A stretch of 64,000 bases of DNA from Bradyrhizobium sp. (GTDB lineage: Bacteria; Pseudomonadota; Alphaproteobacteria; Rhizobiales; Xanthobacteraceae), in the NCBI RefSeq assembly GCF_035701725.1, contig NZ_DASSRP010000254.1, positions 10,909 to 74,908 of the forward strand. Direction: 5' to 3'. Every line of letters starts with the position of its first letter. Positions within the stretch are counted from its first letter, which is position 1. The position numbers and the translations under genes are program-made. Below are positions 58,252-64,000 of the stretch, piece after piece. The notes below the pieces were generated by a model, which was given only the letters and a program-made list of their open reading frames with translations, was not told the origin of the DNA and searched no databases.

Positions 58252-60380
58252 AGGAATCATCCTTACGGCCTGAGATCGCCCTCCAGCCATTTCTACCTCC
58301 GGAAAGCAGACTTTCCATGGAGCCTTGCCGGCTCGATAGGCTGGTGGAGCGCAAGCGGGCGATCGCGCCGGTCGGAACCAATCTGTTGTTTCGGCGGCTG
58401 TTCATCCTCGTCGGCACGGCAGCGCTTACATCCGCCGGCGGCTACGAAATGTACGGGGTCGTAAATGTCGGCGGCGTGACCGTGCTCGAAGGAATGCTGC
58501 TCGCCTTCTTCCTCGCGCTGCTGGCCTGGGTTGCTTTTTCCTTCATGTCGGCGCTGGTCGGATTTTTCCTGCTGTTGATCCGGCGCAAGGGCGGACTGGC
58601 CATCGAAGCCGATGGCCCGCTGCCGAATCTTTCATCGCGCACGGCCATGCTGTTGCCGACGTACAATGAAGATCCCCACCATCTGATGGCACGGCTTCGC
58701 GCGATGTACGAGTCGGTGGCCGTCACCGGTCACGGCGCCCGGTTCGACTGGTTCTTGCTCAGCGACACCACCGATCCCGATACCTGGGTCCACGAAGAGG
58801 TGGCCTTCATTGCGTTGCGTCGGGTCTGCGGTGCAGATCACCTTTACTATCGACACCGATATGACAACACCGCTCGCAAGTCCGGCAATATCGCAGAGTG
58901 GGTGAGACGTTTCGGCGCCGCCTACGACCACATGATCGTGCTCGATGCCGACAGCCTGATGGAAGGCGACACGATCGTGCGCCTGGTTCACGCGATGGAA
59001 ATGCATCCCGGCGCCGCGCTGATCCAGACGCAGCCCGTCATTGTCAACGCAAGCAGCCTGTTCAGCCGTCTCCAGCAGTTCGCCGGTCGGATCTACGGTC
59101 CGCTTATCGCCACCGGCAACGCGTGGTGGCATGGCCCGGAAAGCAACTATTGGGGACACAACGCCATCATTCGCGTCCGCGCGTTCGCAGAGGATGCAGC
59201 GTTGCCGGAACTGCGTGGCCGTCGGCCCTTCGGCGGGCATATCCTGAGCCACGATTTCGTCGAGGCCGCCTTGATGCGGCGGGCGGGCTGGGCCATCTAC
59301 ATGGCACCTGAACTCGGAGGCAGCTTCGAAGAGGTCCCGCCGTCGATGCTGGACTTCGCCTCCCGGGACCGGCGATGGTGCCAAGGCAACCTTCAACACA
59401 TTGCAGTGCTGCCCGTGCGCGGTCTGCGCTGGGTGTCGCGCCTTCATCTCCTAACCGGCATCGGCGCCTATGTCACCGCGCCGATGTGGCTTGTCTTCCT
59501 GATCCTCGGATTGTTGATTTCATTGCAGGCCAACTTCATCCGGCCGGAATACTTTCCGAAAGGTTTCTCGTTGTTTCCGACCTGGCCGCAACAGGATCCC
59601 GTGCTGGCGGCGTGGGTGTTCGCCGCCACGATGGGATTGCTGATCGTCCCCAAGATGCTGGCATATTTGGTGCTGATCAGCAGGGGCGATCAGCGTGGCT
59701 CCTTTGGTGGCCCGGTGCGCGTGTTTTGCGGCATTCTTTTCGAAACGCTGCTTGCGGCGCTGGTCGCTCCGTCGATGATGATCCTGCAGTCCGCGGCGGT
59801 TGCTGAAATTCTCCTCGGCCGCGACGCCGGATGGCAGGTCCAGCGCCGAAGCGGCGGCGAGATCGCGCGACAGGAAATCTATCGGAAACTTGCCACGCCG
59901 ACACTGTGGGGCCTCGTGATGGGGCTGAGCGCAGGCGCCGTATCCCTCCCACTTCTACTGTGGATGTCCCCGGTCATTGCCGGTCTGCTGCTGGCGATTC
60001 CATTGGGATTGCTGACGTCCCGGCGATCGAGTGCGGCCGGGCTATTCGCGACCCCTGAAGACCGTCGTTCGCCTCCGGTCGTGCTTCGCGCGAACGAGCT
60101 GATGGCATCCGGGCCTGTCGGCGTGACGGGCGCTCTGCGCCAACTGCGAGACGATGCCGAGTTGCGGAAATGGCATTTGGCTTCGCTCCCTTACGAGCCG
60201 CACAGCAAGCTGGGCCGGATCGATGTAGCGCTTGCGACCGCCCGTGCAAAGATCGAGCAGTGCGAGATGTTCGACGATGCGATGACCTGGTTGGATAAAT
60301 CGGAAATCCGCGCTGTACTTAACGATGCCACGACACTGCAAACCGTCCTGAAATTGCGTCAACCGGATTCCATCGGGTAG
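58239..60380 (+). CDS. opgH: Glucans biosynthesis glucosyltransferase OpgH/MdoH (GT2)
   Basis: PTYNED, LSDTTDPD, RKSGNI, LDADSLM, YWGHNAII, LSHDFVEA, RDRRWCQGNLQH; start overlaps opgG stop. Confidence 0.96.
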   Translation: MDALKESSLRPEIALQPFLPPESRLSMEPCRLDRLVERKRAIAPVGTNLLFRRLFILVGTAALTSAGGYEMYGVVNVGGVTVLEGMLLAFFLALLAWVAFSFMSALVGFFLLLIRRKGGLAIEADGPLPNLSSRTAMLLPTYNEDPHHLMARLRAMYESVAVTGHGARFDWFLLSDTTDPDTWVHEEVAFIALRRVCGADHLYYRHRYDNTARKSGNIAEWVRRFGAAYDHMIVLDADSLMEGDTIVRLVHAMEMHPGAALIQTQPVIVNASSLFSRLQQFAGRIYGPLIATGNAWWHGPESNYWGHNAIIRVRAFAEDAALPELRGRRPFGGHILSHDFVEAALMRRAGWAIYMAPELGGSFEEVPPSMLDFASRDRRWCQGNLQHIAVLPVRGLRWVSRLHLLTGIGAYVTAPMWLVFLILGLLISLQANFIRPEYFPKGFSLFPTWPQQDPVLAAWVFAATMGLLIVPKMLAYLVLISRGDQRGSFGGPVRVFCGILFETLLAALVAPSMMILQSAAVAEILLGRDAGWQVQRRSGGEIARQEIYRKLATPTLWGLVMGLSAGAVSLPLLLWMSPVIAGLLLAIPLGLLTSRRSSAAGLFATPEDRRSPPVVLRANELMASGPVGVTGALRQLRDDAELRKWHLASLPYEPHSKLGRIDVALATARAKIEQCEMFDDAMTWLDKSEIRAVLNDATTLQTVLKLRQPDSIG

Positions 60381-60544
60381 TATCGGGGCTGCAGGTTCTC
60401 CTTGGCGAAGAAGTTGAGCTGGTCGCAGCGCTACTTCCCGGTTTTTGCCAGGCATAGGGGCCCGGACCGGCTGCCCAAATCGTTGGTGCGCGTCGGCACC
60501 GTCATTGACCGGCTGCAGTATTTTTCGCGCGCGACGAAGCGACG

Positions 60545-61270
60545 CTAGCGGGACCGCTCCCCGCCGAGATAGGCGCGCTCGAGCCGATGCGGCAGGTCGG
60601 GCTCGCTGGTTTTGGCTTCCAGCACGATTTGACCCTGCACCAGCGCATAGACGCGGTCGGCTGTCGCCAAGGCTTTTTCGAGCAGTTGCTCGACCAGCAG
60701 CACCGCCGTGCCATTGCCGCGCAGCCGGGCGATCACGTCCAGCACCCGGTCGACCAGCACCGGCGAAAGACCGGCGGACGGTTCGTCCAGCATCAACAGG
60801 CGAGGGCGGCGGATCAGGCCCTGCGCCACGGTCAACATCTGTTGTTGCCCGCCGGACAGCGCGCCGCCGCGCTCGTGGCGCTTCTCGGCGATTTCCGGAA
60901 AGAACGACAGCGCCTGGTCGACCCGCGCGGCGCGTTCGCCGCGCGGCAGGTCGTAAGCGGCGAGCAAGAGATTGTCGGTGACGGAGAGCTGCGTGAACAC
61001 CCGATGGCCCTCGATCACATGCACTAGGCCTTCGCGCGCGGTCTGGCGCGGCGTGGCGTTGGCGATGTCGCGCGCGCCAAAGCGCACGTCGCCGGAATTG
61101 ACGGGCAGCAATCCGGACAGCGCGCGCAACAGCGTCGTCTTGCCGGCGCCGTTGGGGCCAAGCAATGCCACGACTTCACCCGCTGAAATGTGAAGATCGA
61201 TGCCGTGCAGCACACGGATCTTGCCGTAACCGGATTCCAGCCGGGCGACCGACAGCAGCGGCTCAACCAC
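60545..61270 (-). CDS. ABC transporter ATP-binding protein (LivF-like)
   Basis: GPNGAGKTT, LSGGQQQML, LMLDEPSAGL; GTG start overlaps upstream stop. Confidence 0.92.
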   Translation of the reverse strand: MVEPLLSVARLESGYGKIRVLHGIDLHISAGEVVALLGPNGAGKTTLLRALSGLLPVNSGDVRFGARDIANATPRQTAREGLVHVIEGHRVFTQLSVTDNLLLAAYDLPRGERAARVDQALSFFPEIAEKRHERGGALSGGQQQMLTVAQGLIRRPRLLMLDEPSAGLSPVLVDRVLDVIARLRGNGTAVLLVEQLLEKALATADRVYALVQGQIVLEAKTSEPDLPHRLERAYLGGERSR

Positions 61271-63062
61271 CGAGGTAGGCACTGACCACCTCCTTGTGCG
61301 TACGAATCTCCGCGGGCGTTCCGGCGGCGAGGATGCGGCCGAGGTTGAGCACCGTGACCTGATCGCAGATGTCGAAAATGAGATCGGCATGGTGCTCGAC
61401 CAGGAGCAGACCGGTGCCACGGCGGCTGATCGCCTTGATGAGCGCCGCCAGGCGTTCGATCTCGTCGCCGGAGAGGCCGGCGGCGGGCTCGTCGAGCAGC
61501 AGGAAATCCGGCTCCAGCATCAGCGCGCGCGCGATCTCGATGAAGCGCAATTCGCTGTGCTGCAAGCGATCGGCGCGGACATCGGCAAGCGCTTCGAGGC
61601 CGACGACGCCGAGCAGCGCGCGCGCCCGCATCGCCAGCATCTGCTCGTCGCGCCGGTTGCGCGGAAGCGCCAGCAGGGCTTCGACAAAGGAGGCCCGTCC
61701 GTCGATGTTGCCGCCGATCATGACGTTCTGGAGCACCGAGGCTTCGCCGATAACGCGCGGCGTCTGGAAAGTACGGGCGATGCCGTGACGCGCGCGCAGC
61801 GTCGGCGCGCCCGGCTCAAGCAAGCGATCTCCAAGACCGATCGTGCCGCCCTTGGCGACATAATAGCCGGAGATCACGTTCAAGGTCGTGGTCTTGCCGC
61901 TGCCGTTGGGACCGATCAGGCCGTGGATCTCGCCGGGCTTCACGTCGAGATCGAGATTATCGATCGCGCGCACGTTTCCGAAACTCAGGGTGATGCCGCG
62001 CAGCGTCAGGGTCTGGTCGCCGGCAGTCTTGCGGAAACATTCCGCGAGCGCGGCGGGGCGCGGCACGATCGCGCGGTTGGAAAGGAGCGGACGCCGGTTG
62101 CGCCAGTCGAGAAGGGCGGCGATCCCGCCGGGCATCACCAGCACGATCAAGAGCAGCAAGACCGCGTAAAGGAACGTCGACCATGCCGCCAGTGGAGCCG
62201 CGATCTCGGGCAGGATGGTCAGGATGATGGTGCCGAGCATCGGACCGAGGATCGAGCCGCGCCCGCCGATCAGGATCGCAATGAAGAACAGCACCGAGAG
62301 GTCGAAGGTAAAGGCATCCGGCGTGATGTAGGTCTGCAGGCTCGCGAACAGGCCGCCGGCGATGGCGGCAAGCGCACCAGCCAGCAGGAAGATCGCGATC
62401 AGCAGGCGCTGCTTGGAAATGCCGGTGGCTTCGGCCGCGACCTCGGCGTCGCGAATGGCGATCAATGCGCGGCCGAAGCGGCTATGGGCGATGTTGGCGG
62501 TCAGCCAGGTACACACAGCCGCAAAGCCGATGCAGAGATAGTAAAAGCCCCAGGCGGTATTGAGGGGGGCGGGGAATTCCGGTCCCGCGATGCCGATGCC
62601 GCCGCCGGTGACGCTCTGCCAGGCGAGCGCGATCTGGGCGACGATGGTGGCAAAGCCGAGCGTCGACATCGCGAAATAAAAGGTGCGCAGCCGCAGGGCC
62701 GGCAGGCCGACGACGACCCCGAACACGGCGCCGACGATGCCCGCGACTGCCAGTGCCGCGAACACATCGAGCGGCGGCATCACATTGCCGGCGACCAGCA
62801 CGCTCGTGGTGTAGGCGCCGAGCGTCAGCAGCGCGACGTAACCGATGGCGAGGTGTCCGGCAAAACCGACGATCAGGTTGAGGCCGGAGACCAGCACCCA
62901 GTAGATCGCCGCGCGGGTGCCGATCAGCGCCCAGTAGTCGTTGCTGACGAAGGGCAGGATCATGGCGGCGGCGAGGATCGCGAGGAATGGCGCGATCTGA
63001 AGCCCAATTCCCTGCCAGGCGCGCTTCTCATTGCGGACGGGCGCTGCGGTGAGTGCGGTCAT
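61263..63062 (-). CDS. Fused ABC permease-ATPase (LivM-LivG-like)
   Basis: N-terminal BPD_transp_2 helices (GLPALRLRTFYFAMSTLGF), C-terminal GPNGSGKTT, LLLDEPAAGL. Confidence 0.9.
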   Translation of the reverse strand: MTALTAAPVRNEKRAWQGIGLQIAPFLAILAAAMILPFVSNDYWALIGTRAAIYWVLVSGLNLIVGFAGHLAIGYVALLTLGAYTTSVLVAGNVMPPLDVFAALAVAGIVGAVFGVVVGLPALRLRTFYFAMSTLGFATIVAQIALAWQSVTGGGIGIAGPEFPAPLNTAWGFYYLCIGFAAVCTWLTANIAHSRFGRALIAIRDAEVAAEATGISKQRLLIAIFLLAGALAAIAGGLFASLQTYITPDAFTFDLSVLFFIAILIGGRGSILGPMLGTIILTILPEIAAPLAAWSTFLYAVLLLLIVLVMPGGIAALLDWRNRRPLLSNRAIVPRPAALAECFRKTAGDQTLTLRGITLSFGNVRAIDNLDLDVKPGEIHGLIGPNGSGKTTTLNVISGYYVAKGGTIGLGDRLLEPGAPTLRARHGIARTFQTPRVIGEASVLQNVMIGGNIDGRASFVEALLALPRNRRDEQMLAMRARALLGVVGLEALADVRADRLQHSELRFIEIARALMLEPDFLLLDEPAAGLSGDEIERLAALIKAISRRGTGLLLVEHHADLIFDICDQVTVLNLGRILAAGTPAEIRTHKEVVSAYLGG

Positions 63063-63919
63063 TACACCCTCCGCGCCGCCTGGAAGCCGAACAGCCCTTG
63101 CGGTCTTGCCAGCAGAACCACGATGAACAGGGCGAACACCGCAACCGAGGAGAAGATGCCGCCGACCAGGAAATTCGCCGCCTGCTGAAACAGGCCGAGC
63201 ACGAGCCCGCCGATGACGGCGCCGCGGTTGTTGCCGAGGCCGCCAAGCGCGACCGGAACGAAACCGTAGAAATTCAACAGCGCACCGTTGGCGAAAAACG
63301 CCAGCAGCAACTCGCCGCCGGAGAATCCGGCGATGCCGCCGACGATGCCGGCCAGCGCATAGCTTGCCACGCGCAGGTTACGTTCGGGCAGGCCGAGCGC
63401 CCGCGCCGCGAAGTTATCCTCGGCGATGGCCAGAAAGGCGCGGCCGACCAGCGTGCGGCGATAGAGATATTCGAGGCCGGCGATCGTGATCGCGCAAGCC
63501 GCAACCGGCAGCCAGAACTTCTCGTCCCACACCCCGCTGCCCCAGCCGATCAGGCGCGGAAACGGCTGCGGCTCGGTGCCCCATTTGATGGCCGCGACCT
63601 GCTGGATCATCAACGCCAGCGCCAGCGTCGAGAGCACGTACAGATGCTGGTCGAGGCTCTTGAGCACCGGCCGCACCGCGACGAATTCGGTGATGATGCC
63701 GATGATGGCGCAGGCGGCCAGCGTCAGCACGAAGCCGGCAAGCAGCGGCAATCCCATCTTGAGCGTGAACATCGAGCCGAACACCCCGCCGAGCATGGCG
63801 AGCTGTCCGGCCGTGAAGCTCATCACGCGCGAGGTCGAGAACATCGTGTTGTAGGTGACGCCGACCAGCGCATAGATCGCGCCTGCCGCCAGACCGGATG
63901 CGATGATCGAGGCGAGCAT
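63062..63919 (-). CDS. ABC transporter permease (LivH-like)
   Basis: GAIYALVGV, AIAEDNFAARALGL, VALGGLG. Confidence 0.9.
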   Translation of the reverse strand: MLASIIASGLAAGAIYALVGVTYNTMFSTSRVMSFTAGQLAMLGGVFGSMFTLKMGLPLLAGFVLTLAACAIIGIITEFVAVRPVLKSLDQHLYVLSTLALALMIQQVAAIKWGTEPQPFPRLIGWGSGVWDEKFWLPVAACAITIAGLEYLYRRTLVGRAFLAIAEDNFAARALGLPERNLRVASYALAGIVGGIAGFSGGELLLAFFANGALLNFYGFVPVALGGLGNNRGAVIGGLVLGLFQQAANFLVGGIFSSVAVFALFIVVLLARPQGLFGFQAARRV

Positions 63920-63940
63920 CTTGCGCCGCTCCCGCCGCCT

Positions 63941-64000
63941 TTATGTGTATCCGGGCGCCAGCGAAAACGCGCCGTTCTTGGCGGTGGACGCCTCCGACAT
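63941..64000 (-). CDS. 3' end of a gene running off the window, probably the ABC substrate-binding protein
   Basis: Open frame ...MSEASTAKNGAFSLAPGYT-stop ending 21 bp before the permease start; identity inferred from operon layout. Confidence 0.5.
   Translation of the reverse strand: MSEASTAKNGAFSLAPGYT

Noticed and set aside
61296-63188. 630-aa plus-strand ORF opposite the ABC permease-ATPase (likewise 14149-15540, 38053-39402, 52345-53793)
   Set aside because: Same antisense-shadow artefact.
1-64000. CRISPR arrays, tRNA/rRNA, IS transposases, integrases, prophage genes
   Set aside because: No regularly spaced direct repeats, cloverleaf/rRNA signatures or mobility motifs seen by eye.

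Overview
A GC-rich alphaproteobacterial chromosome segment. Gene content, synteny and one intergenic element point to Bradyrhizobium or a close Nitrobacteraceae relative (inference). The backbone is mostly conserved: mucR-sufE-divJ cell-cycle/envelope cluster, PBP1A, FeuPQ-like two-component system, cycHJKL cytochrome c maturation, MCP, degP, a second two-component system, glnE, NAD-dependent formate dehydrogenase fdsGBACD with a divergent LysR regulator, pleC and a CDF transporter. Two accessory-looking patches stand out. (i) About 18-25.8 kb: an archaeal-type AMP-phosphorylase / PRPP-synthetase-like / beta-CASP nuclease operon behind an FNR/FixK-type promoter, an orphan Flp pilin, an orphan Ku, two small membrane proteins missing from the ORF track, a VanZ-like protein and a metallophosphoesterase. 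(ii) About 53.9-60.4 kb: a highly structured ~450-nt non-coding element, then a YfhO-like GT-C membrane protein divergent from opgG/opgH, with a consensus sigma-EcfG (general stress) promoter in the 90-bp gap. The window ends in a branched-chain amino acid-type ABC transporter. Motifs read directly from the sequence: two perfect CtrA boxes, three consensus sigma-EcfG promoters, two FNR/FixK-type boxes, seven GANTC sites packed into the pleC promoter, and a multi-hairpin candidate sRNA after degP. I found no rRNA, tRNA, CRISPR array, transposase or integrase. Best candidate for an undescribed system: the stress-sigma-controlled GT-C + OpgGH periplasmic glucan synthesis/decoration module. Second best: the low-oxygen RNA/NMP salvage operon. 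All family assignments are by motif recognition, with no database searches.
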